The position numbers and the translations under genes are program-made. A DNA stretch of 59,308 nt, taken from the NCBI GenBank assembly GCA_038204345.1, contig JBBRDB010000001.1:1-59308 (forward strand), given 5' to 3'. Each line of letters begins with the position of its first letter. Position 1 is the stretch's first letter. Under the pieces are notes generated by a model that was not told the DNA's origin, searched no databases, and was given only the letters and a program-made list of their open reading frames with translations. Below, one piece after another: positions 44,775-54,922 of the stretch. Source of the stretch: Thermoleophilia bacterium. GTDB lineage: Bacteria; Actinomycetota; Thermoleophilia; RBG-16-64-13.

Positions 44775-46001
44775 TCACGTTCCGTTCGTCCCCTCACTCA
44801 GACCATTCGTCGCCGTTTCCGTATCGATCGAGGAGGGGGCGTGCGGCGGATTTTCGATCGTGCCGTCGGACGAGGAGTTCGTCCCGCCTCCAGGCCCACA
44901 ACTGTCCAGCGGCCGGCCCGCTCGCCCTTGCTGTGCCTCCCGGCGGACCAGCTTGGCTACCTTCGCCCAGCGAAGGATCTCGAGTTTGTAGGCCAGCAGC
45001 AGCGATACGACGGCGGCCAGCACTCCGAGAGCGCTGGTCAGCCAGACCGGCGCGAAGCGCATGGCCAGGGCGACCACACTCATGAGTCCCGACCATGCGT
45101 AGATCACCGCGACGGTCTGGCGCTGGGAGTAGCCGAGGTTCGCGAAACGGTGGTGGAGGTGACCCCGGTCGGCGAGGTAGATGGGACGCCGGTTCTTGAC
45201 CCTCCTGAGGATGGCAAAACCGGTATCGAAGATGGGGATGCCGAGCACCAGCAGGGGGATGACCAGCGCCACGGTAGCCACCCCTTTCAAGAAGCCCTGC
45301 AGCGTGATCGCCGCGAGGAGGAAGCCCAGCAACAGAGACCCCGAATCCCCCATGAAGATGGTGGCCGGATGGAAGTTGTGGCGCAGGAAACCGAGGGTGG
45401 AGCCGGCGACCACGGCGGCCAGGATACCCATGTCGTAACGGCCCAACGACACCGCGATGATAGCGAAGGTCACCGAACTGATAGCGCAGACCCCGGCCGC
45501 CAGACCGTCCATGCCGTCGATGAAGTTCACGATGTTCATCAGGGTCACGACCCACAGGATGGTGAACGGTATCCCCACCCAGCCCAGCACGAGGATACCC
45601 ACGCCCGGGATCGTAAGGGTATCCACCTGCACGCCGTACAGCACCAGGATGACGGCCACCCCCACCTGCAGACCTAACTTCAGCAGCGGACGGAGCCCGC
45701 GCACGTCGTCTAGCACACCCACGAGGGTGATGAGCGAAGCGCCTACCAGTACGCCGCGGAGGGCTCCCTCGTTGGTGAGTAAGAGGAGGCTCGGGATGAT
45801 GATCCCGAAGAAGATGGCCACGCCCCCCATCCGGGGCGTCGGGACCGCGTGGATCTTGCGGGCCTCCGGCTCGTCCATGGCGCCCAACCGTCGGGCCAAC
45901 TCTCCCGCGACCGGCGTGACCGCCCAAGCGACGACCAGGGCCAGGAAGAATCCCGCGAAGACGCGGTAGGTATCGGCGAAGAACTCGCTCAGAGCGGTCA
46001 T
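44775..46001 (-). CDS. UDP-GlcNAc:undecaprenyl-phosphate GlcNAc-1-phosphate transferase (WecA/TagO, MraY-like GT4)
   Basis: 408 aa, polytopic. [39 protein letters not shown]. Ser/Thr/Gly-rich C-terminal tail. The competing ORF 44794..46017 is Arg-rich junk. Confidence 0.88.
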   Translation of the reverse strand: MTALSEFFADTYRVFAGFFLALVVAWAVTPVAGELARRLGAMDEPEARKIHAVPTPRMGGVAIFFGIIIPSLLLLTNEGALRGVLVGASLITLVGVLDDVRGLRPLLKLGLQVGVAVILVLYGVQVDTLTIPGVGILVLGWVGIPFTILWVVTLMNIVNFIDGMDGLAAGVCAISSVTFAIIAVSLGRYDMGILAAVVAGSTLGFLRHNFHPATIFMGDSGSLLLGFLLAAITLQGFLKGVATVALVIPLLVLGIPIFDTGFAILRRVKNRRPIYLADRGHLHHRFANLGYSQRQTVAVIYAWSGLMSVVALAMRFAPVWLTSALGVLAAVVSLLLAYKLEILRWAKVAKLVRREAQQGRAGRPLDSCGPGGGTNSSSDGTIENPPHAPSSIDTETATNGLSEGTNGT

Positions 46002-46444
46002 GCCTCCCCGATCTCATGGAGTCGTGTGCCTGCCTCCGCGAAGACCTCAGCGGCCAGGGGATCGGGGTACGGGCCGGCGAAGTGAACGGTCACGATCCCT
46101 GCGTTGGCGAGCATCTTGGCGCAAACTACGCAAGGCTGGTGAGTGCAGTAGATCTCGGCTCCGGCGATCTCGACGCCATGGAAAGCGGCCTGGATTATGG
46201 CGTTCTGCTCGGCGTGGAGCCCCCTACAGAGTTCGTGACGCTCTCCCGAGGGTACGTTCAATTCGGTCCGAAGGCAGCCCCTCTCGTCGCAGTGCCGCAG
46301 GCCGCGCGCGGCTCCATTATACCCTGTGGTGAGGATCTGCCTGTTCTTGACGAGCACCGCCCCCACGTGCCGACGAGTACACGTGGATCGGGTGGCCACC
46401 ACGCTGGCGATGTCCATGAAATAGCTGTCCCAGCTGGGGCGCAT
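45998..46444 (-). CDS. dCMP deaminase (ComEB-type)
   Basis: Trimmed to ATG 46444 (148 aa). WDSYFM, HAEQNAI, PCVVCAK zinc motifs. Its stop forms an ATGA overlap with the wecA-like start. Confidence 0.9.
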   Translation of the reverse strand: MRPSWDSYFMDIASVVATRSTCTRRHVGAVLVKNRQILTTGYNGAARGLRHCDERGCLRTELNVPSGERHELCRGLHAEQNAIIQAAFHGVEIAGAEIYCTHQPCVVCAKMLANAGIVTVHFAGPYPDPLAAEVFAEAGTRLHEIGEA

Positions 46445-46476
46445 GCTCACTCCCCTGAGCCGGGGTCGGACACGGG

Positions 46477-47106
46477 TCAGCGCGTTCCGAACAAGCGGTC
46501 GCCGGCATCGCCCAGACCGGGCAGTATGTAACCCTGCTTGCTCAGTTCTCGGTCGACGGCGGCGACGACGATGGACACGTCGGGGTGCGTGCGGTGGACT
46601 GCGGCGATGCCTTCGGGGGCCGCCACGATCGAGAGCAACTTGATATCGGTGGCGCCCCGCTCCTTCATGAGGGTGATGGCGTGAGATGCACTCCCTCCCG
46701 TCGCGAGCATGGGATCGAGGATAAGCACCAAACGCTCTCCCAGTTTCGCGGGCACCTTGGCGTAGTACTGGACGGGCTCGAGTGTGTCGTGGTCGCGGTA
46801 GATGCCCACGAAACCCACCCGCGCGGCTGGAAGAAGGTCGGTGATGCCTTCGACCATGCCGAGCCCCGCCCGGAGTATGGGGACGACGGCTACCTTCTTT
46901 CCTTTGATGGTGTGCGCCACAGTCTCCTCCAAAGGAGTGCGGATGGTGACCTCTTCGAGAGCCATCTCTCTGGTAGCCTCGTAACACAGGAGAGTCGAGA
47001 TCTCTCCCACCAGCTCGCGGAACCGCTTGGTATCGGTACGCTCATCGCGTAGGAAGCCGAGCTTGTGCGCGATGAGCGGGTGATCCACCACAGTAACCGG
47101 CTGCAT
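46477..47106 (-). CDS. upp: uracil phosphoribosyltransferase
   Basis: 209 aa. [40 protein letters not shown]. Confidence 0.95.
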   Translation of the reverse strand: MQPVTVVDHPLIAHKLGFLRDERTDTKRFRELVGEISTLLCYEATREMALEEVTIRTPLEETVAHTIKGKKVAVVPILRAGLGMVEGITDLLPAARVGFVGIYRDHDTLEPVQYYAKVPAKLGERLVLILDPMLATGGSASHAITLMKERGATDIKLLSIVAAPEGIAAVHRTHPDVSIVVAAVDRELSKQGYILPGLGDAGDRLFGTR

Positions 47107-47120
47107 CTCAGTCGAACACC

Positions 47121-48398
47121 TCAGTCGAGCGACTGGTAGAGCGGGTGCGCCGCGGTCAGAGCCCGGCTGCGGCTGAGCAACGCGACGAACCTCTGCTCGG
47201 TGGGCTCGTGCGTGAGCACCTCGGCAATGATCCTGCCCACCTCCCGCACTTCCTCCTCCCCGAACCCGCGGGTGGTGACGGCGGGAGTGCCGACGCGCAG
47301 CCCGGAGGTGACCGTCGGCGGGCGGTTGTCGCCCGGAACGCTGTTCTTATTGGCCGTGATCCCCACCCGAGCAAGCAGCTGTTCGGCAGCCATGCCGGTC
47401 ATCTCGCTGCCGTCGAAATCTATCAGCATCAAGTGATTGTCCGTGCCGCCGGAGACAAGGCGCAGACCGCCCGACAGCAGCTCCTCGGCCAGCGCCCGCG
47501 CGTTCGTGACCGTGCGCCGTTGGCGCTCTTTGAACTCCTCGGTGGCCGCAAGATTGAAACAGACGGCCTTGCCTGCGATGACGTGCTCCAGAGGCCCTCC
47601 CTGCAGCCCCGGGAACACCGACTTGTCGAGACGGGCTGCGTCGACCTCTCGGCAGAACACGGTGCCTCCCCGCGGCCCGCCCAGCGTCTTGTGCGTAGTG
47701 GTGGTGATCCATTCGGCCAAACCGAAAGGAGATACGTGCACGCCCCCTGCTATGAGGCCGGCTATGTGCGCCATATCGACCATGAGCTGCGCGCCGACCT
47801 CGTCGGCGATCTCACGAAAGGCGGCAAAATCGATCTCACGGGGATACGCGCTCGCGCCGGCCACGATCAGCTTGGGTCGCACCTTCTGCGCCATCTCCCG
47901 CACCTGGTCGTAGTCGATGCGCCCGGTATCCTTACGCAAGCCGTAGTGATGAAAGACGTACTCTCGACCCGAGAAGTTGATCTTCATGCCGTGAGTGAGA
48001 TGCCCGCCGTGCTCCAGTCGCATGGCAAGGACCGTGTCACCGTGCTCGAGGGCGGACACGTAAGCTGCATGGTTGGCCTGAGATCCGGAGTGTGGCTGCA
48101 CGTTCGCGTGCTCAGCGCCGAACAGGGCCTTCGCTCGTTCGATAGCGAGCGTCTCCACTTGATCGACGACCTCGCAGCCCCCGTAGTAGCGCTTGCCGGG
48201 CAGACCCTCGGCGTACTTGTTGGTGAGCACGCTGCCCACAGCTTGTAGCACCGCGATCGGAGTGAAGTTCTCCGAAGCTATGAGTTCGATGTTCTCCTGC
48301 TGGCGCCGAAGCTCTTTGTTCAACAGCGCGGCGATCACCGGATCTACCTGGCTCAGACTCTGCTCGGAATACCCCGGCGCGGGGGTAGAGTGATCCAC
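47121..48398 (-). CDS. glyA: serine hydroxymethyltransferase
   Basis: [23 protein letters not shown]-Lys segment [17 protein letters not shown] start with AGGAGGAAGG upstream. Confidence 0.97.
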   Translation of the reverse strand: MDHSTPAPGYSEQSLSQVDPVIAALLNKELRRQQENIELIASENFTPIAVLQAVGSVLTNKYAEGLPGKRYYGGCEVVDQVETLAIERAKALFGAEHANVQPHSGSQANHAAYVSALEHGDTVLAMRLEHGGHLTHGMKINFSGREYVFHHYGLRKDTGRIDYDQVREMAQKVRPKLIVAGASAYPREIDFAAFREIADEVGAQLMVDMAHIAGLIAGGVHVSPFGLAEWITTTTHKTLGGPRGGTVFCREVDAARLDKSVFPGLQGGPLEHVIAGKAVCFNLAATEEFKERQRRTVTNARALAEELLSGGLRLVSGGTDNHLMLIDFDGSEMTGMAAEQLLARVGITANKNSVPGDNRPPTVTSGLRVGTPAVTTRGFGEEEVREVGRIIAEVLTHEPTEQRFVALLSRSRALTAAHPLYQSLD

Positions 48399-48464
48399 CT
48401 CGGCCTTCCTCCTGTCATGGACCGGCGACCGTTGTTCCGGCGCCGCGTGGTCGTCGTATGTCGT

Positions 48465-48908
48465 TCAGCTGTTCCCGTCGAAGTCCATCATCATAGCGAC
48501 CCGATGTCGGTGACGACCACCCTCGAACTCCTGTAGCAGCCAGGTCTGGAGGATCTCGACAGCGACCCCGGGACCCACCACACGGGCCCCCATGCACAGC
48601 ACGTTGGCGTCGTTGTGTGCCCGGGCCATGCGCGCCGAGAACGGTTCGCTCACGCTCGCGGCCCTGACTCCCTGAGTTCGGTTGGCAGTCATAGCCATGC
48701 CCACGCCGGTGCCGCAGAGCAACAGTCCCATCTCTGCCTCGCCTTCACGTACGACCCCGGCTACGAGCGCGGCGTACCTCGGATAGTCGACGCTCTCGAG
48801 GCTGTTGGTGCCGAAGTCGATCACCTGGTGGCCATGACGCTCGAGTTCTGCCACTAGAGGAGCTTTCAGTGCGAGGCCGGCGTGATCACAACCGACTGCG
48901 TAGCGCAT
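48465..48908 (-). CDS. rpiB: ribose-5-phosphate isomerase B
   Basis: 147 aa. GCDHAGLALK, LLCGTGVGMAMTANR. Confidence 0.93.
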   Translation of the reverse strand: MRYAVGCDHAGLALKAPLVAELERHGHQVIDFGTNSLESVDYPRYAALVAGVVREGEAEMGLLLCGTGVGMAMTANRTQGVRAASVSEPFSARMARAHNDANVLCMGARVVGPGVAVEILQTWLLQEFEGGRHRHRVAMMMDFDGNS

Positions 48909-48956
48909 AGACTCATCTCCGTTCCGATGCCGTGCCGAAAGAATAACAGAAGGACC

Positions 48957-49334
48957 CTACCGACAGTTCCGCCCGTGGGCCTCGTCCCAGCCGTACCTGC
49001 GAAGCTCTATACGCCCGCTCTCCCCGGGAACCACTCCTTCGCGTCGGAGGCGACCCCACTGCTCCTCGCGTCCGTCCCCTTCCCGCAGACTCACCTCTCC
49101 GCGGGCGTTCACCACCCGGTGCCAGGGGACGTCGCCAGGACAGCGCACCATGGCAGACCCCACCCAGCGGGCGCCGAAAGCGGCGTACGTGGTCTCGAGG
49201 ACTCCGTCCGGCGGCGGCACCGCCGCCGCCACCGCGCCGTACGTGGTAACGCGTCCCGGAGGCACCCGGCGCACCACCTCCCACACGCGTGCGTCGAAGT
49301 CGAGGCGATCAGGAGGAGATGACCAGTGTGTCAC
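48957..49334 (-). CDS. alkyltransferase-like (ATL) protein: MGMT DNA-binding domain without the acceptor Cys
   Basis: Trimmed to GTG 49334, which forms a GTGA overlap with the upstream stop (125 aa). VWEVVRRVPPGRVTTYGAVA helix-turn-helix, and PWHRVV where O6-alkylguanine transferases have PCHRV. Confidence 0.78.
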   Translation of the reverse strand: MTHWSSPPDRLDFDARVWEVVRRVPPGRVTTYGAVAAAVPPPDGVLETTYAAFGARWVGSAMVRCPGDVPWHRVVNARGEVSLREGDGREEQWGRLRREGVVPGESGRIELRRYGWDEAHGRNCR

Positions 49335-50980
49335 GCCTCCCCTCCCGTCTCCGGAACGTGCCCCTCCACAGCCCTCTCCACGAGTCGGAGGACTTCGGCC
49401 GCCGGGACCGCCCCTTCTCTCAGGACGAGCGCGTTCGCGCCCTCGGCTAATGGCCGTAGGTCGACGACGGTCGAGGCCACGCCGATCATGGGAGCGCGCC
49501 CGTCGGTGCCGGCGCCGGCGGTGAAAGCCGCGGCGCACCCTATTAGGAAGCCCGGATCGAGTTCTGTCGCCTCCGACACGTCCGCCGCGCCGCTCCGGTT
49601 CGCGCTCGTGGCCGCCAAAGGGATGCCGATGGCGTCCAACAGCTCGAGGAGCGGCGGGTGAGCAGGCACCCGGACACCGAGTGAGTCCGCCGTGCCTACG
49701 AGCCGCGGCCGTTCGACACCTGTTCCCACCACGAAGGTGTACGGCCCTGGGAGCAGCAGTCCGAGTACGGAATACGCGGTCGCGTGCAAGTCGGGCAGGG
49801 ACTCCCGCACGTGCTGCACCGAGGCGAACAAGACAGCCAAGGGGCGCTCTTGGTCCCTCCCCTTTGCTTCGAAGATGCGGACCACTCCCCTGGGGGAGTC
49901 CCAGGCCGTCGCTAAGCCATAAACCGTGTCGGTGGGCAGCCCGACTACCGCGCCGGCGCGCAGCGCGGCGCTCAGACGCTCCAACGAGGATCCGTCGAGG
50001 GCGGCGGTTTCGAATACCGGGCAACCAGGCAGCACGGCCCGCACGATGCGATCTTTTCCCGAGAGATCGGGGATAACAGTTGCGTCCTCGAACCCCTCCG
50101 CGCGCGCGAGGGTCCGCACTTCGTCGGACTGATCGGCGCCGACTTCGAGAAAGAGCGCGCCGCCGGGCCCAAGGGCCAGGGCGGCCTGCGGGATGAGGCG
50201 GCGGATCTGATCGAGCCCATCGACGCCCGCGAACAACGCCGATTCCGGCTCGAACTCCGCCACGTCGGGCTCAAGAGCGGTGCGTTCGGCTTCGGTGACG
50301 TACGGCAGGTTGGCCACGACCACGCGCAGACTTCCCGGTGCGACCCCTTCCAGCAGGTCGCCCGGACGCAGCTCCACCTCTGAATCCAAGCCCAGATCCG
50401 CACGATTCTCCTCGGCCACCGCGAGCGCCGCGTCGCTCACGTCTACACCGAGCACGCGCACGCCGGCCTCCCCGGCGAGGCTCAGCGCTACGGCACCGCT
50501 CCCGGTTCCCACGTCCACGACAACCGGCGGTGACGGGGGGCTCGGGCGCGAGGGCGCAACGGTGCCGGCGGCGGCTTCATCCGCGGCGGCGACTTCATCC
50601 GCGGCGACCCCGCCCGCGCGGCCCGCCTCCAGCACGGGGTGGAGGCGCAGCCATTCCAGGACCGCCTCCACCAACTCCTCCGTCTCCGGGCGAGGTATCA
50701 ACGTGGCCGGACTCACCTTCAGCGTGAGGTAGCGGAAAGACGTGCGGCCAAGGATGTACGCGATCGGCTCACGCTTTCCGCGACGTGCGATGAGATCCCG
50801 ATAGACATCGACCTCAGCGGCATCCAAGGGCCGATCGTATTGCGTGTAGAGATCGATGCGGCCCACCCCGAGCGCCTCGGCCAGGAGTAGTTCGGCGTCC
50901 AGTCTCGGTGAGGAGGAGCCGCGCTCGCGCAAGAACCCCGCCGAAACCTCCAGGAGATCTGCTATCCGCCAGGTGCGCAT
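49331..50980 (-). CDS. prmC: fusion of release-factor glutamine methyltransferase (PrmC/HemK) and L-threonylcarbamoyladenylate synthase (TsaC/YrdC domain)
   Basis: aa 1-316 are PrmC-like (REPIAYILG, LIPRPETE, SAM motif VDVGTGSG, VVANLPYV in place of NPPY, DLSGKDR). aa ~325-549 are YrdC-like (GLPTDTVYGLA, FEAKGRDQERPL, ATSANRSG). A single ORF with a ~10-aa linker. Confidence 0.85.
   Translation of the reverse strand: MRTWRIADLLEVSAGFLRERGSSSPRLDAELLLAEALGVGRIDLYTQYDRPLDAAEVDVYRDLIARRGKREPIAYILGRTSFRYLTLKVSPATLIPRPETEELVEAVLEWLRLHPVLEAGRAGGVAADEVAAADEAAAGTVAPSRPSPPSPPVVVDVGTGSGAVALSLAGEAGVRVLGVDVSDAALAVAEENRADLGLDSEVELRPGDLLEGVAPGSLRVVVANLPYVTEAERTALEPDVAEFEPESALFAGVDGLDQIRRLIPQAALALGPGGALFLEVGADQSDEVRTLARAEGFEDATVIPDLSGKDRIVRAVLPGCPVFETAALDGSSLERLSAALRAGAVVGLPTDTVYGLATAWDSPRGVVRIFEAKGRDQERPLAVLFASVQHVRESLPDLHATAYSVLGLLLPGPYTFVVGTGVERPRLVGTADSLGVRVPAHPPLLELLDAIGIPLAATSANRSGAADVSEATELDPGFLIGCAAAFTAGAGTDGRAPMIGVASTVVDLRPLAEGANALVLREGAVPAAEVLRLVERAVEGHVPETGGEA
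50571..50606. repeat. 18-bp tandem duplication (one mismatch) inside prmC
   Basis: GCGGCTTCATCCGCGGCG / GCGACTTCATCCGCGGCG, read directly. Encodes AADEVA-AADEAA within the Ala/Pro-rich insert ahead of the SAM-binding motif. Confidence 0.85.
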
Positions 50981-51011
50981 CCGCTGTCCGACCGCCGCGA
51001 GAGCCCCGCCG

Positions 51012-52088
51012 CTAGAAGGTGGCCTCCGCCAGTCGCTCCGCGCGATCCCAGGCGACCAGAGCCTCGGTGAACTCTTCCAGTTCCCCCTCCAGGATGGCTT
51101 CCAGACGGTGGGAAGTGAGCCCTACCCGGTGGTCCGTAACCCGCCCTTGCGGGAAGTTGTACGTGCGCACCTTCTGCGCGCGGTCTCCGGTTCCCACCTG
51201 GCTGCGACGGGTCGCGGCCTCCTTGGCGTCCTTCTCCTCGTCCGCCATCGCCTGCAGCCGCGCACGCAGTATGCGCATCGCCTGCTCCTTGTTCTGGAGC
51301 TGCGATTTCTCGTCCTGACACGAGACCACCAGCCCTGAGGGCAGGTGCGTGATCCTGACCGCGGAATCGGTCGTGTTCACCGACTGACCACCGGGTCCGC
51401 TCGAGCGGTAGACATCGACTCGAAGCTCGTTGGGGTCGATGTTGACCTCGACCTCCTCGACCTCGGGCAATACGGCCACCGTGGCGGTGGAGGTATGGAT
51501 ACGCCCGGTGGACTCGGTGACGGGCACTCGCTGCACCCGATGCACGCCTGATTCCCACTTGAGGGTGCCGTATGCGCCCTTGCCCTTGACCTCGAAGATG
51601 ATCTCCTTCAGACCTCCGATGGGGGACTCGCTGATGCTGAGCACCTCATGCTTGAAACGAAGCCTCTCCGCATACTTAGTGATCATGCGGTAGATCTCGG
51701 CGGCGAACAGGGCGGCCTCGTCTCCCCCGGCAGCCGCTCTCACCTCGACGATGGCGTTCTTCGCATCCCGCGGGTCTTTCTCGATACTGGCCACCCGGAT
51801 ATCTTCTTCGATCCGCTCCAAGTCCTCCAAGGCCTGACGGCGCTCTTGCTGGATGAACTCGCGCATGTCGGGGGCGAGGTCGGCCTCGCCCAGCATCCCG
51901 TCGGCTTCGGCGACGGCGGTCTTGGCCGCCCGGTACTCCGCAGCCAGACGGTAGGCGTCGGCCAGATCGGCGTGCGCTTTCGACACTTCGGTGTACCGCG
52001 CCTGGTCGTCGAAGATCGCGGGGTCTGACAACTCCGCCGTGATGGCGTCCTGCCGCTCGATGATCTCATTGACCAGTTTCTCTATCAT
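51012..52088 (-). CDS. prfA: peptide chain release factor 1
   Basis: 358 aa. PVT tripeptide (RVPVTES), GGQ (GPGGQSVN). Confidence 0.96.
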   Translation of the reverse strand: MIEKLVNEIIERQDAITAELSDPAIFDDQARYTEVSKAHADLADAYRLAAEYRAAKTAVAEADGMLGEADLAPDMREFIQQERRQALEDLERIEEDIRVASIEKDPRDAKNAIVEVRAAAGGDEAALFAAEIYRMITKYAERLRFKHEVLSISESPIGGLKEIIFEVKGKGAYGTLKWESGVHRVQRVPVTESTGRIHTSTATVAVLPEVEEVEVNIDPNELRVDVYRSSGPGGQSVNTTDSAVRITHLPSGLVVSCQDEKSQLQNKEQAMRILRARLQAMADEEKDAKEAATRRSQVGTGDRAQKVRTYNFPQGRVTDHRVGLTSHRLEAILEGELEEFTEALVAWDRAERLAEATF

Positions 52089-52145
52089 CCTTCACTTCTT
52101 CCCTTGGAAGCCGGGTTAGAACAGATACGGGCCTCGGATGGAACC

Positions 52146-53219
52146 CTACTTCGCGGCCGAGAGCACCATACCCCTCGGATCAGGCTCGCCTCCCGCATCC
52201 ACCCGCAGAACCTCCATCAGCGCCACGATGGCCACCTCGACCTGTTCCACCGACGGCTCCCGGGTGGTGAGCCGCTGCAACTTGAGTCCCGGCCACAAGA
52301 CGATCTTCGCTATGGCGCCGTCCTTGTGCCTGCCCGCGAACCTGATCACCTCATAGGAGAGCCCGGCCACTATCGGAATACCCACGAGGCGTGACAGCAC
52401 GAGCACGAGCAGGGTCGGCTTCCCAACGACCGAGAACACGATGATGGCCATGACCATGACCACGAGAAGAAAGGCCGTTCCACAGCGCGGGTGCAGGGTG
52501 GTGAAGCGCTCGGCGTGGGCTGGGTCGAGTTCCTCCCCGGCCTCGTAGGCGTGGATCACCTTGTGCTCGGCCCCGTGATATTCGAAGACGCGACGGAGAT
52601 CGGGGAGGAGCGAGATCACTCCAATGTAGCCGAGGAAGATAGCTATCCGTATCAGACCCTCCACCAGGTTGAACACGAACGGATTGGAGAAGACATCCTC
52701 GAAGTACTTGACCACCGCCAAAGGGATCACAATGAACAGAACGACGGCCAAGCCGATAGCCAGAATGAAGGTCAAGGCCATCTCTTTCCAGCCCAGACCC
52801 GCCTGGGCCTTGGCCGCGGGAGCGGGATCCGCTACGGGCTCGGCCGGCGATCCGACGGGGCCGTCGGTCCCGGACGCCTCGTCCCGAACCATCGCCGACC
52901 CGGCGTTTTCCGCGGTACCTGCCGCCTGTGATCCCGATTCGCCGTCCAGACTCAGGTTGGCGGAGATACCGAGGGCCTTCATACCGAGCACCAACGAATC
53001 CGCGAGTGCGACCACGCCGCGAAGAACGGGTAGCTTCAGGACTTTGTAGCGCTCCCCGATGGGATCAAGGGCAAAGGAGTGGCGCACGATGACTCCGGAA
53101 GGCTGCCTCACCGCCAGGCCCCACGAGCGCTTGCCCCGCATCATGACGCCCTCGATGACCGCTTGGCCGCCCATCGTGTGCTCGTGCTCGGACATGAGCT
53201 GCACCGTCAAGCCTCCCAC
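52146..53219 (-). CDS. DUF1385 (YqhQ-like) membrane protein
   Basis: [14 protein letters not shown]-terminal signature, [11 protein letters not shown] motif, C-terminal TM helices. A ~60-aa Ala/Pro/Gly-rich insert is present. Start is uncertain (GTG 53219 or ATG 53195). Confidence 0.82.
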   Translation of the reverse strand: MGGLTVQLMSEHEHTMGGQAVIEGVMMRGKRSWGLAVRQPSGVIVRHSFALDPIGERYKVLKLPVLRGVVALADSLVLGMKALGISANLSLDGESGSQAAGTAENAGSAMVRDEASGTDGPVGSPAEPVADPAPAAKAQAGLGWKEMALTFILAIGLAVVLFIVIPLAVVKYFEDVFSNPFVFNLVEGLIRIAIFLGYIGVISLLPDLRRVFEYHGAEHKVIHAYEAGEELDPAHAERFTTLHPRCGTAFLLVVMVMAIIVFSVVGKPTLLVLVLSRLVGIPIVAGLSYEVIRFAGRHKDGAIAKIVLWPGLKLQRLTTREPSVEQVEVAIVALMEVLRVDAGGEPDPRGMVLSAAK

Positions 53220-53815
53220 ATGCTCAGGTTGTCTACGCGCCGCACCTCATGACAGGAGCGACAGCGCGCCTCGTATGATTCAGTGCCGCCCACCTTGATG
53301 AGGGCGTCGTGCTCGCCTGCCGGGAGACCGTCGATGAGCCGTTGGGTCCGCGAGGCCGGCGCGCCGCACTTGGCGCAGATGGCCTGGAGCTTATCCACGA
53401 ACTCCGCCGTGGCCATCACCTGGGGAGCGGGACCGAACGGCTCGCCCCTGAAATCCTGGTCGAGCGCGGCGACTATGACCCTCTTCCCCCGATCGGCAAG
53501 GAACGCGACCACGTGGGGGAGATCGTCGTCAAGGAACTGAGCCTCGTCCACGGCGATCACATCAGCGTGTTCTACGCCCGGGAGCAGAAGAATCTCGTCG
53601 GCGCGGTGCACGCAGTGGGCGTCCCACCCTCGACCGTCGTGGGAGCGTATACGGGAAGCCCCGTAGCGGACGTCCAGCGCGGGCTTCACGACCATTATGG
53701 TCTGGCCGGCGATCGAAGCACGGCGCAGACGTCGCATGAGCTCTTCGCTCTTGCCACTGAACATGCTGCCACAGATCACTTCTACCCAGCCGTCACGCCG
53801 GGGCGATTGCCGCAT
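53207..53815 (-). CDS. tdk: thymidine kinase
   Basis: [12 protein letters not shown]-loop, VDEAQF, zinc cysteines CAKCG...CRSC. Confidence 0.93.
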   Translation of the reverse strand: MRQSPRRDGWVEVICGSMFSGKSEELMRRLRRASIAGQTIMVVKPALDVRYGASRIRSHDGRGWDAHCVHRADEILLLPGVEHADVIAVDEAQFLDDDLPHVVAFLADRGKRVIVAALDQDFRGEPFGPAPQVMATAEFVDKLQAICAKCGAPASRTQRLIDGLPAGEHDALIKVGGTESYEARCRSCHEVRRVDNLSMWEA

Positions 53816-53833
53816 CGATCTCTCCCGGGGTGC

Positions 53834-54598
53834 CTAAGTGGATGGGGTGCCCGGGCGGGCGATCACCGAGGAGAAGTCCATCTCCTGGATCTCGACCTCG
53901 GAGTACTCCGTGCCGCAGGCCATCTTGCCTTCGGGACACGAGTCGATCACGCACCCGGGGCCTGTCTTCTCGAAGAGCGTGGGCGCAACCACAGTGGCGA
54001 GATGGCGCATGGCCCACGCCAACCGGTTGATCTCCCACTGGGCCCGGCGACAGCAGCGCACCCGGAAGAAATGGCGCAGCTCGCGGGCGTTCATAGTGAC
54101 CACTATCTTGGTCTCAGCCGCGTTGGGCAGGACGAAGCGTGCGTCCTCTTGCACGGTCTCGTTGCTGTATCCTTGGTCGAGCCCTATCTCCACCAGCCTG
54201 TCATACGCGTCGCGGGCCTTCTCCATCGCCTCCATGAAGACCGCCCTCGCCTCCGGCACCACGTCGATGTTGGGGGGCACGACGAAGTCGTCGCCCGTGC
54301 CGAAGCGCACGTAACGCTGCGATTGCTGATTGTACGACGCAAGCCGATGACGCACGAGTTGGTGCGAACAGGCCCGTGAGATCCCGTCGACGGCAAAGGT
54401 GAAGGAGGCGTGTTCGAGCGCACTGTGATGGCCCGAGCCCACCAAGATGCGCACCATGCGCACGACCTCGTCTGCACCCATCTCATCGTGGAGATCTGCC
54501 GCGCTGAGCGGTGCGTAGCACAGACGCCCGGCAGCGGCCACGGCCCTATCGGGCGCTGGAGTGTGTTGGAGAAGTGATACTCGGAGAGAGGCCGGCAC
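53834..54598 (-). CDS. thyX: FAD-dependent thymidylate synthase
   Basis: ThyX motif HQLVRHRLASYNQQSQRY, EHASFTF, RELRHFF. Confidence 0.93.
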   Translation of the reverse strand: MPASLRVSLLQHTPAPDRAVAAAGRLCYAPLSAADLHDEMGADEVVRMVRILVGSGHHSALEHASFTFAVDGISRACSHQLVRHRLASYNQQSQRYVRFGTGDDFVVPPNIDVVPEARAVFMEAMEKARDAYDRLVEIGLDQGYSNETVQEDARFVLPNAAETKIVVTMNARELRHFFRVRCCRRAQWEINRLAWAMRHLATVVAPTLFEKTGPGCVIDSCPEGKMACGTEYSEVEIQEMDFSSVIARPGTPST

Positions 54599-54610
54599 GC
54601 GCTTTCCGGA

Positions 54611-54820
54611 CTAGCCCTTGGTGGTGCGCCCGAGCTTCTTGTTGAAGCGCTCGACGCGACCGCCGGTGTCTACGAGGCGCTGCTTCCCAGTATAGAACGG
54701 ATGGCACACCGAGCAGATCTCCACCTTGATCTCAGGTATGGTCGACCTGGTGGTGAACGTCTCACCGCACGAGCAGTGGACGATGCTCTCCATGTATTCC
54801 GGGTGAATGTCAGGCTTCAC
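54611..54820 (-). CDS. rpmE: 50S ribosomal protein L31 (Zn-binding type)
   Basis: MKPDIHPEY..., CSCG and [15 protein letters not shown] start with GGAGG upstream. Confidence 0.95.
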   Translation of the reverse strand: MKPDIHPEYMESIVHCSCGETFTTRSTIPEIKVEICSVCHPFYTGKQRLVDTGGRVERFNKKLGRTTKG

Positions 54821-54922
54821 AGATCCTCCGATGCTTCACGGCACTAGGCCGGGGACGTTCTCGACAGAAGTAGGTAGATGATGATAGCACGACGGGACGG
54901 TCCCGAGCGGGCCGGAGCGCTG

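Noticed and set aside
44794-46017. 407-aa minus-strand ORF overlapping the WecA/TagO-like gene in another frame.
   Set aside because: The translation is Arg/Gly/Pro-rich with no TM helices or motifs. The 44775..46001 frame carries the MraY/WecA signatures.
46445-46987. N-terminal extensions of track ORFs: 45998..46987, 48957..50024, 58074..58784, 13460..14056, 18527..19147, 12972..13592, 7446..8111, 42458..43027 and 44462..44797.
   Set aside because: The extensions are Arg/Pro/Gly-rich, overlap the well-supported upstream gene or a promoter, and add residues absent from the respective families. Internal starts with an SD or a 1-4 nt stop/start overlap give family-typical lengths.
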